A stretch of 64,000 nucleotides of DNA from an uncultured Candidatus Rokubacteria bacterium (lineage in GTDB: Bacteria; Methylomirabilota; Methylomirabilia; Rokubacteriales; CSP1-6): contig CAWBMV010000022.1 in the NCBI GenBank assembly GCA_963789955.1, positions 1 through 64,000 on the forward strand, written 5' to 3'. A program made the position numbers and the translations under genes. This document shows positions 1 through 9,683 of this stretch, one piece after another (position 1 is the first letter of the stretch; each line of letters starts with the position of its first letter). The notes under the pieces are model-generated. The model was not told where the DNA came from. It saw nothing but the letters and a program-made list of their open reading frames with translations, and did no database searches.

Positions 1-663
1 CACCACGACAGTCTGGGTAATGAACGCTTGATCAAACCCGGCCAGCTCAATCTGATGACCGCCGGATCAGGGATCTCGCACTCCGAAGAGACGCCGAGCC
101 GCAACTCGGGGCGCCTGCACGGGCTGCAATTCTGGGTGGCGCTCCCGGGTTCGCGCCGGCACGGCCCGCCCGCCTTCGATCACTACGCGGAGCTTCCGGT
201 CGTCGTGAGAGGCGCGTGCCGCGCCGTGGTCTTGGTGGGCGAGCTCGACGGCGTGCGCTCCCCCGCGACGGCCTACTCGAACATGGTGGGCGCCGACATC
301 GTCGCCACCGGTGACGACGACATGCGTCTGCCGCTCGATCCGAGCTTCGAGCACGCGATCATGCTCGTCGGCGGCCGCGCGGCTCTCGGCGATCGCGCGC
401 TGGAGCCCTCGACGCTCTACTACCTCGGCACCGGCCGCGACGCGGTGACTCTGGCGGTGGGCGCCGGGGCGCGCCTGGCTTTGCTGGGAGGCGAGCCGTT
501 CGGCGAACGCATCCTGATGTGGTGGAACTTCGTGGCTCGCACGCCGGAAGAGATGGCACAGGCGCGCACCGACTGGGAGCGAGGCGATCGATTCGGATCG
601 GTGCCGGCCTATGCGGGCGATCGCATTCCGGCGCCACCGTTGAGAGGCGCAGCTATCCCTTGA
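1..663 (+). CDS. Pirin family protein (5' end outside window)
   Basis: Frame is open from base 1 (HHDSLGN). Motifs MTAGSGISHSE, LQFWVALP and C-terminal LLGGEPF..WWNFV are typical of pirins. Confidence 0.9.
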   Translation, partial: HHDSLGNERLIKPGQLNLMTAGSGISHSEETPSRNSGRLHGLQFWVALPGSRRHGPPAFDHYAELPVVVRGACRAVVLVGELDGVRSPATAYSNMVGADIVATGDDDMRLPLDPSFEHAIMLVGGRAALGDRALEPSTLYYLGTGRDAVTLAVGAGARLALLGGEPFGERILMWWNFVARTPEEMAQARTDWERGDRFGSVPAYAGDRIPAPPLRGAAIP

Positions 664-1544
664 TGCTGCCCAGGGTCAGCCCCGCCGCAATGTAGCGGCG
701 GACGGCAAAGAAGAGAGCGATCGGCGGCAGCGCATAGATGAGAGAGGCCGCCACCGGGTAGTTCCACGGCGTGTCCTCGTTGTCGAAGAACGTCGCGAGC
801 GTGATCGCCACGGTCTTGTTCCTGGGCGAGGACAGCAGCATGAACTGGTACAGGTATTCGTTCCAGGCGGTCAGCAGGGCGTAGGTGCCGACAGCCGCCA
901 GGGCCGGCGCCATCAGGGGCAGATAGATCCGCACATAGACCTGGCCGGGCGTCGCGCCATCGACCCGCGCTGCCTCGTCAAGCTCCATCGGGATCAGTCG
1001 GCCATACCATTGGAGGATCAACACCGCATAGGGGATGGCGAAGGTCACATCCGCTGCGATCACCGCCCACAGGCTGTCCATCAACCCGTACTCGTGCATC
1101 AGCCGATAGAACGGGATGACGAGGAAGTACGCAGGAACCGTATAGAAGAGGAGCGCGGTGGTGGAGATCACCCCGCCCTTGCCCAATCGCATCCGGCCCA
1201 GCGCGAAGCCCGCCAGCGAACTGATCAACACGGTCAGCGCCATCGTCATGATGCCGATGAAGAAGCTATTGCCGAACTGGTGCCAGAAGTCTTGAAGGTA
1301 CCAGTACCGCTGGAACACGACCCCGCGGAAGGCCTCGAGCGTCGGGGCAGTCGGCCAGATGTCGCCGGTGAACTCCGTATCGCCCTCGGGGTCGAGGGCG
1401 ATCAACATCATGTTGTAGACCGGCAGCAGCCACCAGATCAGCAGCACGACGGCGAGCACCACGGCGCCCGCGTCGCTGACGAGTCGGCGTCAGTCGGTGG
1501 CGCCGCAGACTCGACATCCGGCCCCAGGCCGGCGCGACGCTCAT
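653..1544 (-). CDS. Carbohydrate ABC transporter permease (MalG-like), second copy; N-terminal frameshift near 1470-1490
   Basis: EAA loop ELDEAARVDGA and multiple TM helices. ATG at 1544 overlaps the upstream permease stop but is out of frame with the 653..1462 ORF. Confidence 0.85.
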
Positions 1545-2452
1545 AGCTGCACCTCGCGCGTTTGCAGCCGGCGTATCAGAAGGATTCCGAGCGCGACAAT
1601 CACGGGCAGAGCCGCCATGACGGCGGCGACGCCGAGCTCGGGTTTGCCATGGTCAAACAGGTATTCGACGCCCAGCGTCGCCAGCACGTCCGTCGAACCA
1701 AGGGGTGCGCCGCCGGACACGAGATCCACGGTGTTGAAATCGCCGATCATCCAGATCGCCGAAAGCAACGTGCAGACGAGATAGAGGTTCGCCAGCAGCG
1801 GCACCACGACATGGACGAAGCGCCGGAAGCCGGTGGCCCCGTCGATATCGGCAGCTTCGTAGAGATCCTGAGGGATCGCCATCCGCCCCGCCAGCAGAAT
1901 GAGGGTCCAGAACGGCATCGTCTTCCAGGTCGAGGCGACGAGGTTGGCTCCGAGCGCGAGCCAGTAGTGGGTCAACCAGTCCGGACCGTATATGCCGAAC
2001 AGCTTCTCGAGCACGCTGTTGAGGAACCCCCAATACACCAGCATCCAGTGAAAGGAGATGAAGCCGGTTTGCGCCGGCAGCGCCCAGGGCAGCATCGAGA
2101 CGACCAGCAGCGCCTTGACCCACCGGCTACGGCGCATGAAGAAACCGGACAGCAGCAGAGCGAAGAACAAGCTGGTGTTCACGCCGATGCCGACATAGAG
2201 CATCGTGCTGACGACCGCGTCCCGGTACTCATCGCTTGCAAACAGCGTGAGGTACAGCGACGGGCTGCTCGCCATCCAGAGCCCGTAGGCGAGCGGATAG
2301 ATCGCAAAGGCGACCAGGACCGCCGCGTAGGGGACGATGAAGGCGATCGCCCAGGTGAGCTCGACGCCGTGCAGGTGGGGATGCCAGGACCGTCGCCGCG
2401 GCCGGTTGAGCGTGCTGGGCCCGGCTGCAAGAACCTGCTGCGTGCTGCTCAC
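1541..2452 (-). CDS. Carbohydrate ABC transporter permease (MalF-like), second copy
   Basis: EAA loop DLYEAADIDGA and about 6 TM segments. Paralog of 3468..4382. Confidence 0.9.
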   Translation of the reverse strand: MSSTQQVLAAGPSTLNRPRRRSWHPHLHGVELTWAIAFIVPYAAVLVAFAIYPLAYGLWMASSPSLYLTLFASDEYRDAVVSTMLYVGIGVNTSLFFALLLSGFFMRRSRWVKALLVVSMLPWALPAQTGFISFHWMLVYWGFLNSVLEKLFGIYGPDWLTHYWLALGANLVASTWKTMPFWTLILLAGRMAIPQDLYEAADIDGATGFRRFVHVVVPLLANLYLVCTLLSAIWMIGDFNTVDLVSGGAPLGSTDVLATLGVEYLFDHGKPELGVAAVMAALPVIVALGILLIRRLQTREVQL

Positions 2453-2564
2453 AGCCGTGTCCTCACCTCTGCCCGACCGGGCGTCTCGCGAAGGTCGCTT
2501 CGCGGTGGATAGCGGTGACGTGCCGCCTAACCCCGGGCGCGGCGAGGTACGCCGGGCGGCGGGG

Positions 2565-3471
2565 TCAGCCCTTGACCCCGCCCATCGTCAAGCCGGCGGT
2601 CATGCGCCGGCGGAACGCGTAATAGATCGCAACCGGCGGTGCCGCGTAGATGATCGCGGTCGCCATCATGTAGTTCCACGGCGACTGGTCGCTGCTGAGG
2701 AACTGCGCGAGCGCCACCGGCACCGTCATGTTCGCCTTCGAGGACAGGAGCAGGAACTGATACAGGTACTCGTTCCAGGCCAGTAGCAGCGCGTAGGTGC
2801 CCACGGCGACCAGCGCCGGTGCCATCAGAGGCAGATAGATTCGCAGATAGATCTGCGGCGGCGAGGCGCCGTCGATGCGCGCCGACTCGTCGACCTCGAT
2901 CGGGATGCTCCGGCCGTACTCCTGAAAGACGAAGATCGCGTACGGCGTCGCGAACGCGACCAGGGCGGCGATCACCGACCACGGGTTGTTGGCGAGCCCG
3001 TAGTTCTGCATGATCCGGTAGAACGGGATCGCGAGGAACGACGCTGGGATCACGTAGGTCAACAGCGCGGCGTTGGTCACCAGCCAGCCGTGGCGGATCC
3101 GCATCCGGCCGATCGCAAAGCTGGTCAGCGTGCCGAACAGCAGCGCGAAGAACGTCACCATCAGGCCGATGAAGAAGCTGTTGGCGAACTGGCGCCAGAA
3201 GTGCTCCAGATACCAGTGGCCCTGGGTCAGGACGCCCCAGAAGCTCTCGACCGACGGGACCCTCGGCCAGATATGGTCGGTGAAGACGTCGCCCTCGGGC
3301 TCGAGCGAGATCAGCACCATGTTGTAGAGCGGCACGAGCGTCCACACGACGATCACCGCGGAGAGAACCACGTGTCCCCAGGTTGCGCAGGTACCGGCGG
3401 AGCCGTTCCGAGCTGTGCGCCCGGGATGACGCTCGAGTTGCCAGCCTCGCGTCTGCTGCGATCGTGCTCAT
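2565..3471 (-). CDS. Carbohydrate ABC transporter permease (MalG-like); frameshift near 3370
   Basis: Motifs EVDESARIDGA and AWNEYL. ATG at 3471 overlaps the upstream TGA (ATGA); the N-terminus MSTIAADAR lies in a different frame from the body. Confidence 0.85.
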
Positions 3472-4382
3472 ATCTGAACCTCCGAGGTGCGGAGCTTGCG
3501 CATCAGGACGATCACCAGCGGGATGACCAGCGGCAGCGCCGACATCACCGCTGCCACGCCCAGCCGTGGCTGAGCGATCTCGAACGCATTGCGGATGCCT
3601 AAGGTGGCCAGCACGTGTCCCTGGTTGGCGGGGCCGCCGCCGGAGACGAAGTTGACGGCGTTGAAGTCGCCGAGCAGGAAGATCGTCGAGAGCAAGGTGC
3701 AGATCAGGTAGAGGTTGGCGAGCAGCGGGAAGGTGATGTGCACGAACCCGCGCAGCCCGGTCGCCCCGTCGACTTTGGCGGAGTCGCTGATCTCGAGCGG
3801 GATCGCCATCCGGCCGGCGAGCAAGATCAGCGTCCAGAACGGCGTCCACTTCCAGATGTGGGAGACGATGACCGCGCCCAGCGCCGACCAGCGGTCATTG
3901 AGCCACGACGGCCCCTCGATGTGGAAGAGGGTGTAGAGGACGTTGTTGAGGAAGCCCCATTCGCCGTTGAGCATCCAGTGGATCGAGATGAACGTCGAGA
4001 TCTGCGGCACCGCCCAGGGCAGGACGAAGATCAAGAGCAGCGCCTTCATCCACCAGCCCGGGCGCATGAAGAAGCCGGACAGCAGCAGGGCCAGGAACAT
4101 CTTCACGTTCACGCCGAGCGCCAGATAGAGGATGGTGTTCACCACCGTGCTCTGGTAGATCGGGTCGGCGAACAGCTCCCGGTAGAGGCTGGCTTCGCTG
4201 CCCATCCACAACCCGTAGACCACCGGGTACGCGACGAAGGTCAGAAACACCGCGATGTACGGCACGACGAACGCGACGGCCCAGGTGTACTCACCGCCCT
4301 TGAGGCCGCCGCGCAGGGAGCGCGAGAGCGTACGCCGCCGGATGGCCGGGCGGCCGATGTCGATGGCCGAGGTGCCGTTCAT
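3468..4382 (-). CDS. Carbohydrate ABC transporter permease (MalF-like)
   Basis: EAA-like loop EISDSAKVDGA, WKWTPF motif, TM helices. Confidence 0.9.
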   Translation of the reverse strand: MNGTSAIDIGRPAIRRRTLSRSLRGGLKGGEYTWAVAFVVPYIAVFLTFVAYPVVYGLWMGSEASLYRELFADPIYQSTVVNTILYLALGVNVKMFLALLLSGFFMRPGWWMKALLLIFVLPWAVPQISTFISIHWMLNGEWGFLNNVLYTLFHIEGPSWLNDRWSALGAVIVSHIWKWTPFWTLILLAGRMAIPLEISDSAKVDGATGLRGFVHITFPLLANLYLICTLLSTIFLLGDFNAVNFVSGGGPANQGHVLATLGIRNAFEIAQPRLGVAAVMSALPLVIPLVIVLMRKLRTSEVQI

Positions 4383-4398
4383 TGGTTGGTCTCCGCTC

Positions 4399-5781
4399 TC
4401 ACGCCTTCTTGTACTTGGAGAAGATCTCCTCGATGCGCTTGAATGCCTTGTCGATCGCCACTTCCGGCTTCACGCCTTCCTTCGCGACGTCGATCATCGC
4501 CATGCTCCACACGTGCTGGGTGCGGACTTCCGCCATCGCCAGGTTGAACACGTAGTAGTCGGGCACGGTCGGGCCGAGGAGGCCCATGCTGGACGTAGCC
4601 CCGCAGATGCGGGTCCTTCGGGTCCTGCCAGAATGGGCTCTTGGCGAGCGACGGCATGACCGGCAGCCAGCGGCCCAGTCCCAGCTCGACGAATTCGCCG
4701 ACGACCTTCGGCTGGACGAAGTACTTGAGGAATTCCTTCGCCACCGGGACGTTTTTCGCCCCCTTCGGGATCATCCAGCTGGGTGACACCGACGATGGCT
4801 CGGCACGGGCTTGCCCGCGTTGTCGTTCGGATAGCCGATACCGTGGGTCACCATGTCCTTGAAGTACCACTCGGGGTGCTTTTCCTTGACCGCGACCTCG
4901 GTCGAGAGCGTGCCGTCGACGTCCATCACCATGAGCTTGGCGTGGAAGGCGTTGTTGTCGTCCGCGTCGTTCCAGTTGATCGCGCTCGGCGGAACGTAGC
5001 CGTCTCGGTAGGCGCCGCCGAGGTAGGCGGTCGCCTTGATGGCCGCTTGCTTGACCTTCGGGTCGTCGAGGTGCAGCTTGCCGTCCTTGGTGACGATGTC
5101 CTGACCGCCGTAGGCCAGGAGAAACGCCATGAAGAGGTTGTAGGGGTCGACCCCGTTGGCCGTCACCTGGAAGCCGATGCCGTACACTTTGCGCTCGCCC
5201 TGCTTGCGCAGGTTGTCCTGCACCTTCTTGAAGAAGTCGAAGTACGCGTCCCACGTCTTCGGGATGTCCTCGATCTTGAAACCGGCCTTCTCCACCAGCG
5301 GTCGCCAGATATGGCAGGGGACGACCGCGGCCCGCACGGGCACACCGTATTGGCCGACCTTCTTGGTGACGTTGTTGTAGGCCTGACCGGACACGAGAGC
5401 GGTCTCGCTGAACTGGGCCTTTTGAGTCTCCACGACGTCGCTGACGTCGACCCACGTGTCTTGCCAGGCGTATATCTGTAAGATCTCGGTCGGGTTGTTA
5501 GCCATCACATCGGGGACGACCCCGCTGGTCAGCGCCGCGATGATCTTCTGCCGTTCCGGCGCGAAGGGGGTGATGCTCAGCTCGATCTTGTTGCCGCTTG
5601 CCTTCTCGTAGTCGGCGACGGCCTTGCGCAGGGACACGTCCTCGTCCTGGACGAACCCCTGCGCGAACCACACGCTGGCGGTGGTCGCCGCCGCCTTGGC
5701 GATGTGCGGTCCCACGAAGGGGCGCGCGGCGGCAAGAGCCAAGGATCCACGTAGCATCGAACGCCTGGAGAGATGGGTCAC
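4399..5781 (-). CDS. ABC transporter sugar-type substrate-binding protein with Tat signal; two frameshifts (about 4790 and 4587)
   Basis: GTG at 5781 follows an AGGAGG SD. Twin-arginine signal SRRSML..AKAA. The protein is pieced from three ORFs (4771..5901, part of 4379..5455, 4399..4587) and heads the permease operon. Confidence 0.85.
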
Positions 5782-5934
5782 GGTCGCCTCCTGAACTGTG
5801 TCGAGGACGTTGACCTGCACTCGCGCTCGTTTCCTGTATCCCCTCCGAGACTCGGGGCCGGGTCGCCCGACGCTAGGGGACGACCCGACTCGTTTCCGCA
5901 TACCTGCTAGCTACTAACGCCTATTAGATAGCGG

Positions 5935-5963
5935 GAGATACGACATCTCTCGACACCTGTCAA
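5935..5963 (-). promoter_or_regulatory. Candidate sigma-70 promoter for the ABC operon, overlapping a short inverted repeat
   Basis: Minus-strand TTGACA (5958-5963), 17-nt spacer, then TATCTC (imperfect -10). GAGAT-N5-ATCTC overlaps it. The divergent intergenic region is relatively AT-rich. Confidence 0.45.
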
Positions 5964-6087
5964 GCCGGTATAACTAACGGAGGCTCGGCACGCCGCATGT
6001 CGAAGTCGAGGGCTCACTCAGCGGAAAATTGAACCTCTCCGACGTCCTGTGGCACGATCGATCTCTCACTCCGAAGGAGGAGATCAT

Positions 6088-7134
6088 CTGCTGACCATCG
6101 AAGCTGCGCAGAAAGAATTCGAGCCCGCGTGCGTCTACGTCAACACCGCCAGCGTCGGACTGCCGCCTCGACGCGTCGCCACGGCTGTCGACGAAGCTAT
6201 CGAGGCGTGGCGGACCGGCCGCGCCGAGGCGGCGGACTACGACGCGATCGTCGACCGCGCGCGCCGGCAATTCGCAGCCCTGGTCGGCGTCTCCTCCGAT
6301 CGTGTCGCCATCGGCAACCAGGTCTCGACGTTCAGCGGGTTGATCGCGGCCGCGCTGCCCGACGGCGCGCACGTGCTGGCCGCCGAGGAGGATTTCTCCT
6401 CGGTCCTGTTTCCCTTCCTGGCGCACGCCGATCGTGGTGTTCGCGTCGAGACCGTCCCGCTGGATCGCCTGGTCGAGGCCATTCGTCCGGGCGTGCATCT
6501 CGTCGCGGTGAGCGCGGTGCAGTCCGCGGATGGGCGGATCGTCCCCGGCGGACTCGAGGGCTTCGCCTCGGCCGCCGCCGCGCACGGCTGTCTCACGTAC
6601 GTCGACGCCACGCAGGCGATTGGCTGGCTGCCCTTCGACGCCGGGCGCTTCGACTTCGTGTCCTGCGCCGCGTACAAGTGGCTTCTGTCACCTCGCGGGA
6701 CAGCCTTCGGCGTGGTGCGGCCGGAGCGCCTGAACATGGTCCGGCCGCTGTACGCCGGCTGGTATGCCGGCGACGATCCGTGGACCTCGATCTACGGATC
6801 GCCTCTGCGATTGGCGAAGGATGCGCGCCGGCTCGATATCTCGCCCGCGTGGCTGTCCTGGGCCGGGACCGTGCCCGCGCTCGATCTGCTGGGCGAGGTC
6901 GGAATCACCGCGATCCATCGCCACGACGTCGGGCTCGCGAATGCGCTGCGCCGGCGGCTCGGGCTACCGAACGGAGATTCGGCCGTCGTCACGGTGGCCA
7001 CCGAAGGTGGCCTCGAGCGGCTCCGCGCCGCCGGCATCAAGGCCTCGATCCGCGCCGGCGCGGTGCGAGTGTCGTTCCATCTCCACAACACCGAATCCGA
7101 CGTGGACGTCGTGGCTCGCGCGCTCGGGGGCTGA
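6088..7134 (+). CDS. Aminotransferase class V (PLP-dependent) enzyme
   Basis: Motifs YVNTAS, VDATQAIG, CAAYKWLLSPRG (PLP lysine) and RVSFHLHNT. Start uncertain: GTG 6049, or CTG 6088 located 7 nt after AAGGAGG. Confidence 0.85.
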   Translation: MLTIEAAQKEFEPACVYVNTASVGLPPRRVATAVDEAIEAWRTGRAEAADYDAIVDRARRQFAALVGVSSDRVAIGNQVSTFSGLIAAALPDGAHVLAAEEDFSSVLFPFLAHADRGVRVETVPLDRLVEAIRPGVHLVAVSAVQSADGRIVPGGLEGFASAAAAHGCLTYVDATQAIGWLPFDAGRFDFVSCAAYKWLLSPRGTAFGVVRPERLNMVRPLYAGWYAGDDPWTSIYGSPLRLAKDARRLDISPAWLSWAGTVPALDLLGEVGITAIHRHDVGLANALRRRLGLPNGDSAVVTVATEGGLERLRAAGIKASIRAGAVRVSFHLHNTESDVDVVARALGG

Positions 7135-7153
7135 CGAGGTCCGGGAGGTCGAC

Positions 7154-8271
7154 ATGGACTGCTGCGGTCGGATGGTCTCGCGCCGGAACTGGCTGTGGAG
7201 CACGCTCGTCACCTCGGCGGCGTCGCTGGTCGCGGGCTGCGCGGCTCAGCGCGCTGACGGCGGCTCCGCCGCGGCGTCGGAGTCGTCGGCAGCGGCCGTT
7301 CAGGCTGTGCTCCGGGATCACATCTCCGTCGACGTCCACAGTCACGGCGGCCCGACCGGCGTCGGCTCACGCGGCACGGCGCCGAATGACGACATCGCAC
7401 GCGGTATGCGCGCCGGCGGGATGGCGACCGTGTGCCTGGCGGACGTTCCCGATGGTCCGCTGCTCGGTCGGCGACCGAACGGCTCGCTCGGCGCGACGCG
7501 CGCCGCGGCGCCGGGCGAGCTCTACCGTACCACCTCGACCGGCTGAGCTGGATCGACGAGCTGGTATCCAAGCACGGCGTCCGCCGTGCGCTCACCGCCG
7601 CGGACCTGAAAGCCGCGCACGCGGCGGGTCAGCCGGCGATCGTCGAGGACATCGAGGGGCTCGACTTCCTGGACAAGAAGCTCGAACGGCTCGAGGAGTC
7701 GTATCAGCGCGGCGTGCGTCACATGCAGCTCGTCCATTACACGCCGAACGACATCGGCGATTTCCAGACGGGCACGGTCACCCACAACGGCCTGACGCCG
7801 TTCGGCGCCGACGTGATCCGCGCGTGCAATCGCCTCGGTATCGTTTGCGACGTGGCGCACGCGACCGAGGATATGGTCAAGCAGGCGGTGAAGGTGTCGA
7901 CCAAGCCGCTCTTGCTGTCGCACACGGCGCTCCTGGGCTCGAAAGCCCAGGGGCAGACGCCGCTGGCGGCGCGCCAGGTCAGCCGCGACCACGCGCGCGC
8001 CGTCGCCGACACCGGAGGCTCGATCGGCGTGTGGCATTTCTTTCCGTCGCTCGACCGCTACGTCGACGGCTTGAAGGAGATGGCGGACGTCGTCGGCGCG
8101 GACCACGTGAGCATCGGCACCGATCAGCAGACCGCGCCGGGCAGCCTGCAGGACTATGCGCAGTTCACGAGGCTGGTGGAGGCGATGCTGCGCGGCGGCT
8201 TCACGCCGGCCGACACCGGCAAGGTGATCGGCGGCAACTATCTTCGGATCTTCGCGGCGTCTGCGGGCTAG
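7154..8271 (+). CDS. Membrane dipeptidase (peptidase M19), predicted Tat lipoprotein; frameshift near 7528
   Basis: ATG 7154 follows GGAGG. SRRNWL plus lipobox LVAGC. Motifs DVHSH, IEG, CDVAH, SHT and IGTD are spread across two frames. Confidence 0.85.
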
Positions 8272-8287
8272 GAGACTGCCGTCGCCC

Positions 8288-9670
8288 ATGGGCGCGATGG
8301 ACGAGATCCGACACCTCGTGGTCTTGATGCTCGAGAACCAGTCGTTCGACCGGCTTCTCGGGTATCTCGATCTCGGCGACCGCACGCAGAAGCTCGAAGG
8401 TCTCACGGGGACGGAGACGAACCCCGCCTCTCCGCCGACCGACATGACGCCGGTGTCAGTGAAACGCGTCTCGGCGCCGAGCGCGTATGTCACTGACCCC
8501 GGTCCCGGCCACGATTTCGAGGACGTCAACCAGCAGCTGTTCCCCGACCGGGCGCCGGCAGATACGAGCGCACCCGGGAACGCGGGGTTCGTCCTCAACT
8601 ACTCGCAGCAGACCGACTCCCGCGGCCGCCGTCTGGGCGATCGCGGGCACGACATCATGCAGTGCCTCGACCCCGCACTCGTGCCCATTCTGACGACCCT
8701 GGCTCGCGAGTTCACGGTATGCGATCACTGGTTCTCGTCCGTCCCCGGCCCCACCTGGCCGAACCGGTTTTTCCTCCACGCCGGGACCGCCAAGGGCTTC
8801 CTCGTCACGCCGGAGACGCCCAGTCAGCTCGTGTCGCAGTTCTGGACCTCACCGTACGACATGCCGACGATCTTCGAGAACCTGAACGACCGCGGACTGA
8901 CGTGGACCGTGTACTTCGATGACTACGCACAGGCCTTCGCGCTGCGAAGGCTTCATCCCTACGGCGACCGATTCCAGCGGTACGAGCAGTTCGCCCGGGA
9001 CATCCAGAACGGGACGTTGCCCACGTACGCGTTCATCGAGCCGCGCTCGTTCAGCGCACCCGGCTACCCGGCCAACGATCAGCATCCGCCGCACGACCTG
9101 CTCGAGGGCGAGAAGCTCATCGCCGAGGTCTACGACACGCTGCGGGCCGACGATAAGCTCTGGCGTCAGTCGCTGATGGTGGTGCTCTACGACGAGCACG
9201 CTGGCTTCTACGATCACGTGCCGCCTCCGCGGGCCGTGCCGCCCGACTCGTCGCGCGCGCGGCCCTCGGGGTTTCAGTTCGATCGCCTGGGCGTGCGGGT
9301 CCCCGCGATCTTGATATCGCCGTGGGTCGCGGCGGGCCGGGTCGATCACACCGTCTACGACCACACGTCGGTACCGGCGACGATCAAGAAGATGTTCGGG
9401 CTGCCGAGATTCCTGACCGCGCGGGACGCGGCCGCGAATACCTTCGACCGTAACTTCCTGCCGGATGCGCGGAGCGTGCCACTGGCCAACCTGCGCGGCC
9501 TGGTCCCGGCCGCGCGCGCGTCGGCTCCGGCGAGTGGAGCCCTGTCAGCGTATCAGCGCTCCTTGCAGGCGCTCGCTCAGGCGATGGGCAGCCCGACCAG
9601 GTCGGCGCCTGGTGCGGACGAGGCTGCGAGGCACGCGCAGACGTTCCTGCAGCAGCCCCAGTCGCCCTAG
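8288..9670 (+). CDS. Phosphoesterase / phospholipase C family protein
   Basis: Motifs VVLMLENQSFD, CDHWFSSVPGPTWPNR, YDEHAGFYDHVPPP, LGVRVP and YDHTS. Confidence 0.9.
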   Translation: MGAMDEIRHLVVLMLENQSFDRLLGYLDLGDRTQKLEGLTGTETNPASPPTDMTPVSVKRVSAPSAYVTDPGPGHDFEDVNQQLFPDRAPADTSAPGNAGFVLNYSQQTDSRGRRLGDRGHDIMQCLDPALVPILTTLAREFTVCDHWFSSVPGPTWPNRFFLHAGTAKGFLVTPETPSQLVSQFWTSPYDMPTIFENLNDRGLTWTVYFDDYAQAFALRRLHPYGDRFQRYEQFARDIQNGTLPTYAFIEPRSFSAPGYPANDQHPPHDLLEGEKLIAEVYDTLRADDKLWRQSLMVVLYDEHAGFYDHVPPPRAVPPDSSRARPSGFQFDRLGVRVPAILISPWVAAGRVDHTVYDHTSVPATIKKMFGLPRFLTARDAAANTFDRNFLPDARSVPLANLRGLVPAARASAPASGALSAYQRSLQALAQAMGSPTRSAPGADEAARHAQTFLQQPQSP

Positions 9671-9683
9671 TTTCAGTTCGCCA

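Noticed and set aside
5826..5897. Hairpin CGGGTCG...CGACCCG flanked by two CTCGTTTCC copies in the ABC operon leader, as a riboswitch
   Set aside because: It matches no riboswitch consensus that I can recognise, and short GC-rich stems are expected by chance.
6049..6064. TGGCACG as a sigma-54 -24 element
   Set aside because: The -12 position reads CT rather than the required GC.
6088..7134. Class V aminotransferase as a selenocysteine lyase or cysteine desulfurase serving the selenoproteins
   Set aside because: The C-terminal catalytic Cys motif (RxGxHC or SxGSAC) is absent; the sequence reads SIRAGAVRVS. The gene is also not adjacent to either selenoprotein gene.
6129..8327. Long alternative-frame and antisense ORFs (this one, and e.g. 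23156..25075, 29294..31042, 59184..61019)
   Set aside because: They are Arg/Ala/Pro-rich shadow ORFs expected in high-GC DNA and overlap well-supported genes. Apart from frameshifted segments of real genes, they contain no recognisable motifs.
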